From positions 14,142 to 78,141 of the forward strand of contig JBQTGT010000035.1 of assembly GCA_052390615.1 (NCBI GenBank): a stretch of 64,000 bases of DNA. The letters are read 5' to 3'. The stretch comes from Actinomycetota bacterium. GTDB taxonomy: Bacteria > Actinomycetota > Acidimicrobiia > IMCC26256 > PALSA-610. The notes under the pieces are model-generated. The model searched no databases, was not told the DNA's origin, and was given only the letters and a program-made list of their open reading frames with translations. Positions 45,679 through 54,770 of the stretch are shown one piece after another. Made by a program: the position numbers and the translations under genes. The first letter of the stretch is position 1. Each line of letters starts with the position of its first letter.

Positions 45679-47037
45679 CTAGGACGCTGCGTCGGCCAGC
45701 GACTCTGCGAGCGCAGGATGTACGAGCAGCGAGTCGACGATGTCGACGACCTTCAAGTTGTTGGTCACCGCCACTGCGACCACTGAGATCAGTTCCGCCG
45801 CGTTGCGCCCGACGATCGACCCACCGAGAACGACGCCGGTCGCCGGATCAGACAGGATCTTGACGAAACCACGCGTGTCGCCATTGATCAGCGCCTTCGG
45901 ATTCGACGAGAACGGCACCTTCGTGACGCGCAACTTGCGACCCACGGCGAACGCCTCCGCCTCGGCCACGCCCACGTCGGCGATCTCCGGATCGGTGAAG
46001 ATCGCGGACGCCGCCTTGTCGTAGTCGAGATGCCGGTGCGCGCGGGCGGTCAGCCCCATCACGTGTTCCGCGATCTTGCGCCCCTGCATCGCGGCGACCG
46101 AAGAAAGCGGCAAGCGGCCCGAGAGGTCGCCGGCTGAATAGATGTGCGACACATTGGTCTGGCAATGCCGGTTTCCCGGCACGAAGCCTCCGTCTGCGAG
46201 CTCGACGCCGGCTGTGTCACACCCGAGTCCGTCGCTGTTCGGGATGAAGCCGATCGTGAACACGGCGTGCGTGCCGTCGACCGCGCGGCCGTCGTCGCAC
46301 GCGACGAAGACCTTGTCGTGCTCACGTCCGATCGCGGTCGCGCGCGCACCCTTGAGCAACTTGACGCCCCGTCGCAAGAACTCCTCTTCGAGCACGGCTG
46401 CGACTTCGGGATCCTTGTACGGCAGCACCTGCTGGCGCGACACGATGAGCGTCACGCGCGAACCGAGCGCGGAGTACATGTGCGTGAACTCAACGCCGGT
46501 GACACCGGATCCGATCACGACGAGGTGTTCGGGGATTTCGGACGGTGGATACGCCCGCCGGGTATCGAGGACGCGCTCACCGTCGAGCTCCGCCCATTCG
46601 GGTATCCGGGGTCGGGAGCCAGTCGACAACAAGATCGCGTCCGCCTCGAGCTGCTCAGTGCCGTCGGCGCTGTCGACGGCGACCACACGCGGACCCGCGA
46701 GGCGACCGGTACCGCGGATGATCCGCACTCCCTGCGATTCGAGAAGGCCGGTGACCCCTTCGCACAGCCTGGCTTCGATGCTCGCAATGCGCTCCCGCAG
46801 CGCGCCGACGTCGAGCTCACCGTGCGCGTCGAGCCCCATCGTCCGGGCGTGCGACAACTCGGTGAGCTCGTTGCCGGTCGCAACCATCGCCTTCGAGGGG
46901 ATGCAGTCCCAGAGGTGGGCGGCGCCACCAACGATGTCCCGCTCGACGAGCGTCACGTCGGCACCGAGCGACGCCGCGACAGTTGCCGCAGTGTTGCCGG
47001 CCGGTCCACCGCCGATGATCACGAAGCGCACGGGCAC
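45679..47037 (-). CDS. Pyridine nucleotide-disulfide oxidoreductase family, LpdA-like NAD(P)H quinone reductase (no redox disulfide)
   Basis: FVIIGGGPAGNTAA FAD site and a second Rossmann LVVIGSGVTGVEF. The canonical GGTCLNVGCIPSK box is GGAAHLWDCIPSK (single Cys). Confidence 0.8.
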   Translation of the reverse strand: MPVRFVIIGGGPAGNTAATVAASLGADVTLVERDIVGGAAHLWDCIPSKAMVATGNELTELSHARTMGLDAHGELDVGALRERIASIEARLCEGVTGLLESQGVRIIRGTGRLAGPRVVAVDSADGTEQLEADAILLSTGSRPRIPEWAELDGERVLDTRRAYPPSEIPEHLVVIGSGVTGVEFTHMYSALGSRVTLIVSRQQVLPYKDPEVAAVLEEEFLRRGVKLLKGARATAIGREHDKVFVACDDGRAVDGTHAVFTIGFIPNSDGLGCDTAGVELADGGFVPGNRHCQTNVSHIYSAGDLSGRLPLSSVAAMQGRKIAEHVMGLTARAHRHLDYDKAASAIFTDPEIADVGVAEAEAFAVGRKLRVTKVPFSSNPKALINGDTRGFVKILSDPATGVVLGGSIVGRNAAELISVVAVAVTNNLKVVDIVDSLLVHPALAESLADAAS

Positions 47038-47138
47038 GAGGCCAGGCTATTCGTACGGAAGGCGCCAGCGGGGCGACCGGATGGGCGCGGAGCGCGAAGT
47101 CGACCCATCAACAAGGGCATCACCTACCCTCACCATCC

Positions 47139-48053
47139 GTGCCCGAACTGCGGCAGGACGCGCTCACCGGCGCGCAGGTGATCGTCGCGCCCAATCGCGC
47201 GCAGCGGCCGAATGCCGTCGAGCGCGATGGCGCCGAGCGGCTCCTCGAGCGCTCGGAGACATGTCCGTTCTGCCCGGGCAACGAGGCGATGACGCCACCG
47301 GAGGTGGCGCGCGTCGATGCGGGGGCGTCCGACCCATCCGGATGGTCGGTTCGCGTGTTCCCCAACCTCTACCCCATCGTCGGTGGGAATATCGACGGAG
47401 TGCACGAGGTCGCGGTGTTCTCACCCGCGCACAACCGGTCGTACGGCGCGCTCGACAAGACGGCGCGACACACCGTCTGGCGAGTGCTGCGCGATCGAGC
47501 TGCGCAGCATCTGAGCACGGGCTGCGCCCACGTCGCCGTCTTCTTCAACCAAGGACAGCGGGCAGGCGCGTCGCTCGAACATCCGCACGCGCAGATCGTC
47601 GGCCTTCCGTTCGTACCGCCGCTCGTCGTCGGCATATCGGCGCGCTTCGCGAGCACAGATCTCGTCGCGCAGTCAATCGCGGATGCTCGCGAGCACGGTC
47701 TGATCGTGCGCGACGGCGCGGTCGTGACGTGGTGCCCTCTCGCGGCGCCGTCGCCCTTTCTCGTGCGGTGTGCCCTCCCCGACGGTGACGCCCGCTTCGA
47801 CCAAACCGACCACGCCGACGTCGACGCGGTCGCCGATGCCGTCTTCGACACCGTCAATCGACACGCGGCCGTGCTCGGAACGGCGCCGTACAATGTCGTC
47901 GTCCACTCGGGACCGGCGCCGGGCGCGTTCCACTGGTGGGTGGACGTCGTCCCGCGTATCTCGACACTCGCCGGGTTCGAGTTCAGCACTGGGCTGTTCG
48001 TGAACATCTACGACCCCGCCATGGTCGCGACGTGGCTGCGCGAGCCCAGCTGA
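47139..48053 (+). CDS. galT: Galactose-1-phosphate uridylyltransferase family (HIT superfamily)
   Basis: GTG start. CPFCPGNE zinc motif; VFPNLYP; nucleotidyl-His motif LEHPHAQIV. Confidence 0.8.
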   Translation: MPELRQDALTGAQVIVAPNRAQRPNAVERDGAERLLERSETCPFCPGNEAMTPPEVARVDAGASDPSGWSVRVFPNLYPIVGGNIDGVHEVAVFSPAHNRSYGALDKTARHTVWRVLRDRAAQHLSTGCAHVAVFFNQGQRAGASLEHPHAQIVGLPFVPPLVVGISARFASTDLVAQSIADAREHGLIVRDGAVVTWCPLAAPSPFLVRCALPDGDARFDQTDHADVDAVADAVFDTVNRHAAVLGTAPYNVVVHSGPAPGAFHWWVDVVPRISTLAGFEFSTGLFVNIYDPAMVATWLREPS

Positions 48054-48060
48054 GGGCCCG

Positions 48061-48507
48061 ATGAGAATCCGAGTCGGAGTGACCATCGACGCGCCGCCCT
48101 CGGCAGTCTGGGACGTGCTCGAACCGATCGAGCGCCACACCGAGTGGATGAGCGACGCGCAATCGATCACGTTCACCGGCGATCGCACGCGTGGTGTCGG
48201 TACGCGCTTCGACTGCGTCACGAAGATCGGCCCGTTCCACACGCTCGACCGCATGGTCGTCACCGAATGGGTTGCGGGACGGCGAATGGGCATCGAGCAC
48301 CATGGTCTCGTTACCGGCCGGGGCCACTTCTCACTGACGCGGCGCCGCCGAACCAATGGCACCCGCTTCATCTGGACCGAGCGGCTGCGGTTCCCGTGGT
48401 GGCTGGGAGGACCCGTCGGCGCGTTCGCGGCTCGGCCAATCCTGCGTCGGATCTGGCGAGCCAACCTGGGAACCCTCAAGTACCTCGTAGAGTCCCGGAC
48501 CGCATGA
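48061..48507 (+). CDS. SRPBCC (START/polyketide cyclase-like) family protein
   Basis: 148 aa. IRVGVTIDAPPSAVWDVLEPIERHTEWM is a typical SRPBCC N-terminus. Confidence 0.72.
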   Translation: MRIRVGVTIDAPPSAVWDVLEPIERHTEWMSDAQSITFTGDRTRGVGTRFDCVTKIGPFHTLDRMVVTEWVAGRRMGIEHHGLVTGRGHFSLTRRRRTNGTRFIWTERLRFPWWLGGPVGAFAARPILRRIWRANLGTLKYLVESRTA

Positions 48508-49481
48508 AGTCATCCCGCTACGCGCTCAGCGTCGCCGGCATGCAGACGCTCGGCGCCCCGATGGCACTCGACGTCGCGCGCGAAGCGGATGCGCTCGAAT
48601 ACTCGTCGGTGTGGGCTGCCGAAGCCAACGCGGCCGAGGCGATGTCGCTGCTCGGCGCCGTGAGTCAGGTCGCGCCCCGAGCCGGCCTCGGCACCGGCGT
48701 CGTCGCAGTGCAGCTGCGCACACCGCCTCTGCACGCCATGGCCGCGGCGACGCTACAACAGCTCGCGGGCGAGCGCGACGTGTTCCTCGGCATCGGCATC
48801 TCGTCGCCCGCAGTCGCCGGCCAGTGCCACGGCGCCAGCTATCCCGACCGGCCGATCGCGCAGGTTCGCGAGTTCGTCGCGCTGCTCCGGGAGTGCTTGA
48901 CCGGCGAGACGGTGCACTTCGACGGCGACTTCTACCGGGTATCGCGGTTCCGGCTCGGGCTGCACCTCGGTGATCGCCGCCCACAGATCGTCGTTGCCGC
49001 ACTCAACGAACAGATGTTGCGACTGGCGGGTGAGATCGCCGACGGTGTCTTGTTGAACTACCTCCCGGCGAGCGCGGTTCCCTGGTGTGTCGAGCACGTG
49101 CGCAAGGGCGGCGACGCCCGCGTCTACGCATACGTGCACTGCGGTGTCACCGACCGCGAGCGCTACGCAGAGGTGGCGCGCAAGGATCTTGTGAACTACG
49201 CCGTCGTGGATGCGTACGCGAGCCAGTTCGCCCGCGCCGGCTACGCCGACGACGTGACGCGATTCCGTGAGCTCTGGAAGGCGAAGGAGCGCGACCGCGC
49301 GCTGGCCGCGATCGGCGATCGTTGGGTCGACGAAGTCCAGATCATGGGCGACGCGGACCACGTCCGCGCGGCAGTGGCGGCGTACGCATCGAACGGCGTC
49401 GACGTACCAATCGTGTTCGCGCTGCCGTGGGGTGAGGACCGGCGTGCGACCATCAGCGAGACCTTGCGCGCGCTCGCCTAA
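48504..49481 (+). CDS. Luciferase-like monooxygenase (LLM) class flavin/F420-dependent oxidoreductase
   Basis: ATG at 48504 (ATGA overlap with the SRPBCC stop). YSSVWAAE...GLGTGVV...VAALNEQMLRLAGEIADGVLLNY is a TIM-barrel LLM pattern. Confidence 0.8.
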   Translation: MKSSRYALSVAGMQTLGAPMALDVAREADALEYSSVWAAEANAAEAMSLLGAVSQVAPRAGLGTGVVAVQLRTPPLHAMAAATLQQLAGERDVFLGIGISSPAVAGQCHGASYPDRPIAQVREFVALLRECLTGETVHFDGDFYRVSRFRLGLHLGDRRPQIVVAALNEQMLRLAGEIADGVLLNYLPASAVPWCVEHVRKGGDARVYAYVHCGVTDRERYAEVARKDLVNYAVVDAYASQFARAGYADDVTRFRELWKAKERDRALAAIGDRWVDEVQIMGDADHVRAAVAAYASNGVDVPIVFALPWGEDRRATISETLRALA

Positions 49482-49484
49482 CAC

Positions 49485-50264
49485 TCAGCGGCCGGTGAAG
49501 CGGGCCTTTCCGGGGCCGTGCTCGAGGAAGCTCGCGACCCCGCCGCGCGCGTCCTCCGTGTCGAAGGCCGCGACGAACGCGTCGGCCTCGTCATCCAGCG
49601 CCGTGGCAAGCGAGCGTCCGAGCCCGATGTCAATTACGCGCTTGGCGAGCCCCATCGCGACAACGGCGCCTTTCGCAAAATCGCTCGCCCACGCCTGCGC
49701 GGTGTCGAGCACCTGGTCGGCAGGCACGACCCGGTCGACGAGGCCGATCGCGTGGGCTTCGTCGGCGCGCACCTGACGTCCGCTCCAGATGAGTTCCTTG
49801 GCGCGCGCGAGACCGACGAGGCGCGGCAGTCGCTGCGTGCCGCCGGCACCCGGGATGATGCCGAGCAGGATTTCGGGTTGTCCGACCCGGGCAGTATCGG
49901 CCGCGACGCGCAGGTCACACGTCATGGCGAGTTCGAGGCCGCCGCCGAGCGCGTAGCCGCGCATCGCGGCGATGACCGGCCGCGGAATCGCCGCGACGGC
50001 GTCAAAGGCCGCGCGAAACCCCTTGGCGATGACGCGCGCGACCTCCGCGTCGCTGAACTCCTTGATATCAGCGCCGGCCGCGAACGCCTTGTCGCTCCCG
50101 CTCACGACGACGGCCTTCACCGCGTCGTCGGCGGCCAGGTTGCGCGCGGCGTCACCAATCGCCGCGAGCATGGCCTGTGACAGCGAGTTCATCGGCGGCC
50201 GGTTGAGCTGCAGGGTCGCGACGCCGTTGTCGGCCCGCTCGACGAGGACGAAATCGTCGATCAT
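49485..50264 (-). CDS. Enoyl-CoA hydratase/isomerase (crotonase) family
   Basis: 259 aa. [14 protein letters not shown]...[10 protein letters not shown]...[19 protein letters not shown]. Confidence 0.9.
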   Translation of the reverse strand: MIDDFVLVERADNGVATLQLNRPPMNSLSQAMLAAIGDAARNLAADDAVKAVVVSGSDKAFAAGADIKEFSDAEVARVIAKGFRAAFDAVAAIPRPVIAAMRGYALGGGLELAMTCDLRVAADTARVGQPEILLGIIPGAGGTQRLPRLVGLARAKELIWSGRQVRADEAHAIGLVDRVVPADQVLDTAQAWASDFAKGAVVAMGLAKRVIDIGLGRSLATALDDEADAFVAAFDTEDARGGVASFLEHGPGKARFTGR

Positions 50265-50394
50265 GACGCGCCGCGAAGCTCCACGGCGCAGAGACTACGC
50301 GCGGTGGAACAACACCTCGGCACCGATAGGCGCGAAGCCTCCGGCCTGCATGGTCCGCAGCGACGCCGCGTTGGCGGCGCGAGCGGGTGGGTGC

Positions 50395-51333
50395 TCACTC
50401 CTGGAGCAGCGCGTCAGCCGCGTCGTACGGGTCACGCGACCGCGCCGCGACCTCCTCGACGAGCGCGTCGAACGTGTCACCGCGACAGAACGTGTCGGCC
50501 CGTTCGAACAGGCGGTCGGCAACGATCGCGCGCAGCTCGGCGCCCACCCGCGCCCGGCGACGGGCCAGGAGACGGCCGTCCGCTTCGAGATGGGCGCGGT
50601 GACGCCCGACTGCGTTCCACAGCTCGTCGACGCCCTCCCCCGTCGTCGCGACGGTCGACACGATCGGCGGGCGCCACGCGAGCGTGCCCGACATCTCGAG
50701 CATTCCGTCGAGATCCCGAACCGCGTCCGGCGCGCCGGGGCGGTCGGCCTTGTTCACGACGAACACGTCGGCGACTTCCAGCAAGCCTGCCTTCGCGGCC
50801 TGGACCGCGTCGCCCCAACCAGGATTCACGACAACCACCGTCGTGTCCGCGTGACCGGCAATCTCGACCTCGACCTGGCCGACGCCCACCGTCTCGACGA
50901 TGATCCAGGGTTTGCCGATCGCGTCGAGCACGCGCAGCGCCTGCGGCGTCGCGAGCGCCAGGCCGCCGAGATGACCCCGCGTCGCCATCGAGCGGATGAA
51001 TACCCCCGGGTCGGTCGCGTGCGCCTGCATCCGCACGCGGTCCCCGAGGATTGCGCCGCCGCTGAAGGGACTGGTCGGGTCGACCGCGAGCACGCCGATC
51101 TCCGCGCCGGTGGCACGCACGATGCCGATGAGGCGATCAGTGAGCGTCGACTTCCCGGCACCAGGCGCGCCGGTGATCCCGATCGACCACGCGCGGCCGG
51201 TCTGCGGGTGCAGGCGAGTCACGACGGTGCGGGCGACATCGCCTCCGCCTTCGACGAGCGAGAGCAGCTTGGCGACCGCGCCGCGGTCGCCCGTCAGCGC
51301 GCGGTCGACGAGCTGGACGGGATCGGCCTTCAC
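50395..51333 (-). CDS. meaB: Methylmalonyl-CoA mutase-associated G3E GTPase MeaB/ArgK
   Basis: GITGAPGAGKSTL P-loop; IVETVGVGQ; VVNKAD. Confidence 0.9.
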   Translation of the reverse strand: MKADPVQLVDRALTGDRGAVAKLLSLVEGGGDVARTVVTRLHPQTGRAWSIGITGAPGAGKSTLTDRLIGIVRATGAEIGVLAVDPTSPFSGGAILGDRVRMQAHATDPGVFIRSMATRGHLGGLALATPQALRVLDAIGKPWIIVETVGVGQVEVEIAGHADTTVVVVNPGWGDAVQAAKAGLLEVADVFVVNKADRPGAPDAVRDLDGMLEMSGTLAWRPPIVSTVATTGEGVDELWNAVGRHRAHLEADGRLLARRRARVGAELRAIVADRLFERADTFCRGDTFDALVEEVAARSRDPYDAADALLQE

Positions 51334-51363
51334 GAAACGCGGACGCTACCCGGGAAGGGTCGC

Positions 51364-51609
51364 CTACTCGTCGGCGACAACCTCGGTGACGCCGGGCACG
51401 CGGTCCATGATGATCCGCTCGACACCGGCCTTGAGGGTCATCATCGAGACGGGGCACGTCCCGCAGGCCCCGACGAGGGAAACGTGCACGACACCATCTT
51501 CGTCGACACCGTTGTAGACGATGTTGCCACCGTCGCTCTGCAGCGCGGGTCGGATCGCGTCGATCGCCTCGAGGATCCCCTCATCCATGTGTGTCGTGTC
51601 GCCAGACAT
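51364..51609 (-). CDS. NifU-like (Nfu C-terminal domain) Fe-S cluster protein
   Basis: 81 aa from ATG 51609 (GGAG 6 nt upstream). IRPALQSDGGNIVYNGVDEDGVVHVSLVGACGTCPVS (CxxC). Confidence 0.8.
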   Translation of the reverse strand: MSGDTTHMDEGILEAIDAIRPALQSDGGNIVYNGVDEDGVVHVSLVGACGTCPVSMMTLKAGVERIIMDRVPGVTEVVADE

Positions 51610-52014
51610 GCGAGCTCCGGATCGGTGAACGGTCAAAAGGGTGAACGCCTCCAGTATGACGTCTGTTCCCTGTGGGTCGGGCACGCGGTCGGGCGGCAGG
51701 CGGGCCGCCAAGCAACAGCGGCGTCCGGGGGACACCGGACGCCGCTGCGTCGGAAACCGCAAGGGAAGCGGTCAGGGGAGTTCCGGGCGGGCCGCTGCGG
51801 GGGCGGGGGGACACGACCACAGACGGCCCGCTCGCACGTCGATCCATTCGGTGCCCGCCCGGCTCGTTGGCTCGTCGCCGACCGTGACCTCCTGGTGAGC
51901 TGTCACCACGTTTTTCCAGCCCGTGGCGCCTTCTCATACCTACAGACGTCGCCCGAGCCCTGGGAGTTGCACCGAATCCGAAAAAATCGGGCGGCGTCCG
52001 AGCCGGCGCGGGGG
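51610..52014 (-). other. Unassigned ORF-free, highly self-complementary region (candidate sRNA or structured leader)
   Basis: No frame shows coding-like third-position GC. Contains an 11-bp perfect hairpin (51718-51745), a 10-bp inverted repeat 51783-51792/51853-51862, a T6 tract on the minus strand just 3' of murA (51981-51986), and two GGTGAAC copies at 51624 and 51640. Confidence 0.3.
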
Positions 52015-53268
52015 TCAGGCGATGCGGACGACGTCGGCGCCGAGGGTGCGCAGCGCGCGGGCGAGGTCGTGGTACCCGCGATCGACGTGCTCGCCGCCGT
52101 GCACGATCGTCTCGCCGTCGGCCACCAGGCCCGCGAGCACGAGTGCGGCGCCGGCCCGCACGTCCGACGCGCTCACCGGCGCACCCGACAGTCGCGCGAC
52201 ACCGCGCACGATCGCGTGCCGGCCTTCGGTACGAACGTCGGCGCCCATACGCGCCAGCTCGTCTGCGAACTGGAACCGGCCGTCGAAGATGTTCTCGGTG
52301 ATGATCGCGCTGCCGTCGGCGACGGAAGTCAACGCGACCGCCAGCGGCATGAAGTCGGTGGCGAACCCGGGGTGCGGCAGTGTGGCGATATCGACTGCCC
52401 GCAGCCGACCGGCGCTCCGGGCCCATACGCCGTCGGGTGTCTGCGAGACGCGCATCCCCATTTCACAGAGCTTCATCGCGATGATCTCGATGTGTTCGAG
52501 GCGCGTCCCGACCAACTCGATCTCGCCGCCGACCATCCCGCACGCCATGAGCAGCGTTCCGGCTTCGATCCGATCGGCCATGATCTCGCTGTCGACCGCG
52601 ACGAGTTCGTCAACGCCCTCGACCTCGATCGAAGACGTCCCCGCACCGATCACTTGGGCACCCATGCGGTCGAGGTACGCGGCGAGGTCGGTGACCTCCG
52701 GCTCGCGCGCCGCGTTTTCGATCACCGTCGCGCCCTTCGCGAGAACGGCCGCGCACATCAAGTTCTCGGTCGCGCCGACGCTCGGGAATTCGAGCATGAC
52801 GCGGGCGCCGGCGAGCCGGGGGGCGCGCGCCACGACGAATCCGTGCTCGACGTCGATCTGGGCACCCATGGTTTCGAGACCACGAAGGTGCATGTCGACC
52901 TTGCGGCTCCCGATCAGGTCGCCGCCCGGCAGCGCCACGCGGGCATGGCCGCAGCGGGCCAGAAGCGGGCCGAGCACGTTGAACGAGGCCCGCATCCGGG
53001 TAACGAGCTCGTAGGGCGCGACCGGGTTGAGCTCGCCGCGAGCATCGATATGGACTTCGTCGTCGCGCAGCTCGATGCCGGCGCCAACCGCGCGGAGGAC
53101 ATCGACCATCACATCGAGGTCCGACACGTGAGGGACGTTGCGCAGGGTTGTGACTCCGGACGCCAGCAACGCGGCGGCCATCTGCTTCGTGCCGGAGTTC
53201 TTCGATGCGCCCGAGATCACGACCTGTCCGTGAAATGGGCCGCTCGGGCGAACGCGAAATCGGGTCAC
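52015..53268 (-). CDS. murA: UDP-N-acetylglucosamine 1-carboxyvinyltransferase
   Basis: GTG at 53268 (GTGA overlap with the upstream stop). ISGASKNS...LPGGDLIGSRKVDMH...full-length MurA blocks. The upstream part of ORF 52015..53514 is not coding. Confidence 0.95.
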   Translation of the reverse strand: MTRFRVRPSGPFHGQVVISGASKNSGTKQMAAALLASGVTTLRNVPHVSDLDVMVDVLRAVGAGIELRDDEVHIDARGELNPVAPYELVTRMRASFNVLGPLLARCGHARVALPGGDLIGSRKVDMHLRGLETMGAQIDVEHGFVVARAPRLAGARVMLEFPSVGATENLMCAAVLAKGATVIENAAREPEVTDLAAYLDRMGAQVIGAGTSSIEVEGVDELVAVDSEIMADRIEAGTLLMACGMVGGEIELVGTRLEHIEIIAMKLCEMGMRVSQTPDGVWARSAGRLRAVDIATLPHPGFATDFMPLAVALTSVADGSAIITENIFDGRFQFADELARMGADVRTEGRHAIVRGVARLSGAPVSASDVRAGAALVLAGLVADGETIVHGGEHVDRGYHDLARALRTLGADVVRIA

Positions 53269-54098
53269 GACCCCTGATAGCGCGGCTCGCGCTGCTCGAC
53301 GAACGCGGCAATCGCTTCGCGCATGTCTGCTGATTTCAAACACGGCGCCTGCGCTTCGGCTTCGACGACCAGGCCTGCCGCGATGGGGAGGACACCCGCG
53401 GCCGCAACCGCACGCTTCGCGCCTTGCACGGCAAGTGGCGGCTGCGCCGCGATCGCACCGGCGAGCACTTCGACTTCCTTTTCGAGGTCGTCGTCGTCGA
53501 CGAGGCGTTCGCACAACCCGATGCGGTGGGCTTCCTCGGCGTCGATACGGGCGGCGGTCCAGATCAGTTCCTTCGCTTTGCCGGCGCCGACGACGCGCGG
53601 GAGCCGCTGCGTGCCGCCCAGGTCAGGAAGGATCCCGTACTTGTGCTCGAGCAGGCCGACCTGGGTGCCGCGTGCGATTACGCGGATGTCGCAGGCGAGG
53701 GCGAGCTGCAAACCGGCTCCGAACGCGTAGCCGCGGATTGCCGCGATTGTCGGGTAGCGCGCGTCCGCGAGCCAGGAGTACGCCTCTTGAGCGCGCAGGA
53801 TGCCGTCGATGGTCGGGTCGTCGTGGCGCGTGCCCGCGCCCTCGCCGTCCTGAAGCGATTGGCCCCCGTCGCCGTCGGTGAACACGGATGTGTCGATACC
53901 CGACGAGAACGCGCGCCCGTTTCCGAGCACGACGAGCGCGCGGATCTCCGGGTCGTCGCGCACTGCGATTCCCAGTGCCCGCATCTCGTGCCACATCTGA
54001 ACGGTGAAGCTGTTGAGTCGTTCGGGCCGATTAAGCCGCAGCCACGCGACGGGGCTATCGCGGGTGAACTCGATCGTGTCGTAACGCGCGTCGGCCAT
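53265..54098 (-). CDS. Enoyl-CoA hydratase/isomerase family
   Basis: 277 aa. VAWLRLNRPERLNS...FSSGID...GYAFGAGLQLALACDIRV. Confidence 0.88.
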   Translation of the reverse strand: MADARYDTIEFTRDSPVAWLRLNRPERLNSFTVQMWHEMRALGIAVRDDPEIRALVVLGNGRAFSSGIDTSVFTDGDGGQSLQDGEGAGTRHDDPTIDGILRAQEAYSWLADARYPTIAAIRGYAFGAGLQLALACDIRVIARGTQVGLLEHKYGILPDLGGTQRLPRVVGAGKAKELIWTAARIDAEEAHRIGLCERLVDDDDLEKEVEVLAGAIAAQPPLAVQGAKRAVAAAGVLPIAAGLVVEAEAQAPCLKSADMREAIAAFVEQREPRYQGS

Positions 54099-54119
54099 GC
54101 GACGAGGGTAGCGCCAGCC

Positions 54120-54641
54120 TCAGGCCCGGCGATGTTTCGATTGCGGGCCGACCGCGCAACCCAGACGGACGACCTCGACGGGGTCGTGCATCCCGTGCAC
54201 GGTCACCATGCCGGCGGGTTCGCACGGTGTCCCGGGTGGCGCGAGTTCACCGAGATCCGGTGTCGCCAGGATTTCGTGCGGGCGGGCGACGTCGCTGAGA
54301 CGTGACGCGAGGTTGACCGAGCCGCCCGTGTAGTCGTCGCCTTCGAGCAGAATCACGGCACCGCCCGCCATGCCCGCATGGATCTGGAGCGGGAGTGACA
54401 GCGCGTCGATCTTGTGCTCGAGGTCGCACACCGCCGCAACGAGCTGACGGGCGTCGACTGACACCAGCATGCACCCGTCGCCAAGCCATTTCGCGATCCG
54501 CACACCGAACTCGGTCGCAACGTCGCGCACCGCGTGCCGAAAGGTGGTCAGTACGCGCACGGACGCTTCGTCGCCGTGTTCGTCAGTGAACGAGGTGAAA
54601 CCGGAGAGGTCCACAAACGCGAACCAACGGTCGACCCGCAC
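54120..54641 (-). CDS. Class III adenylate/guanylate cyclase catalytic-domain protein (stand-alone)
   Basis: 173 aa. WFAFVDLSGFTSFT (metal Asp), IAKWLGDGCMLV, GSVNLASRL. Confidence 0.78.
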   Translation of the reverse strand: MRVDRWFAFVDLSGFTSFTDEHGDEASVRVLTTFRHAVRDVATEFGVRIAKWLGDGCMLVSVDARQLVAAVCDLEHKIDALSLPLQIHAGMAGGAVILLEGDDYTGGSVNLASRLSDVARPHEILATPDLGELAPPGTPCEPAGMVTVHGMHDPVEVVRLGCAVGPQSKHRRA

Positions 54642-54659
54642 GGCGCGAGTCTCGCATTC

Positions 54660-54700
54660 CTGCGCCGCAAACCCCGAATAGTTCGGGGTTTGCGGCGCAG
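54660..54700. repeat. 41-bp palindromic element, copy 3 (diverged, perfect hairpin)
   Basis: CTGCGCCGCAAACCCCGAATAGTTCGGGGTTTGCGGCGCAG. 17 consecutive Watson-Crick pairs. Lies 3' of the S9 peptidase gene. Confidence 0.9.
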
Positions 54701-54770
54701 GTTGTGCGGGGTTGGCGCGCCGCGCGCGCGTCGGGCCCTGATATTCGGACTCGAGCTCCCGGGCCCCGGC

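Noticed and set aside
51610-52014. Identity of the structured spacer as RNase P RNA, cobalamin riboswitch, SRP RNA or tmRNA
   Set aside because: There are superficial matches: CGAGCCGGGCGGGC is like actinobacterial rnpB 5' ends, AAGGGAAGCGGT is like the B12 element, and GGTCAGG..CCGG is like SRP. But the universally conserved cores are absent on both strands: GAGGAAAGTCCGGGC and ACAGAACCCGGCTTA for RNase P, the B12 box and GCCACTG, GGAAGCAGC for SRP, and the tRNA-like 3' end of tmRNA.
49972-53277. 1101-aa plus-strand ORF, the longest in the track
   Set aside because: It runs antisense to five well-supported minus-strand genes (crotonase, meaB, nfu, murA, crotonase). The translation is R/A/G/P/H-rich with no motifs. 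This is a typical stop-codon-poor shadow frame of a very GC-rich genome.
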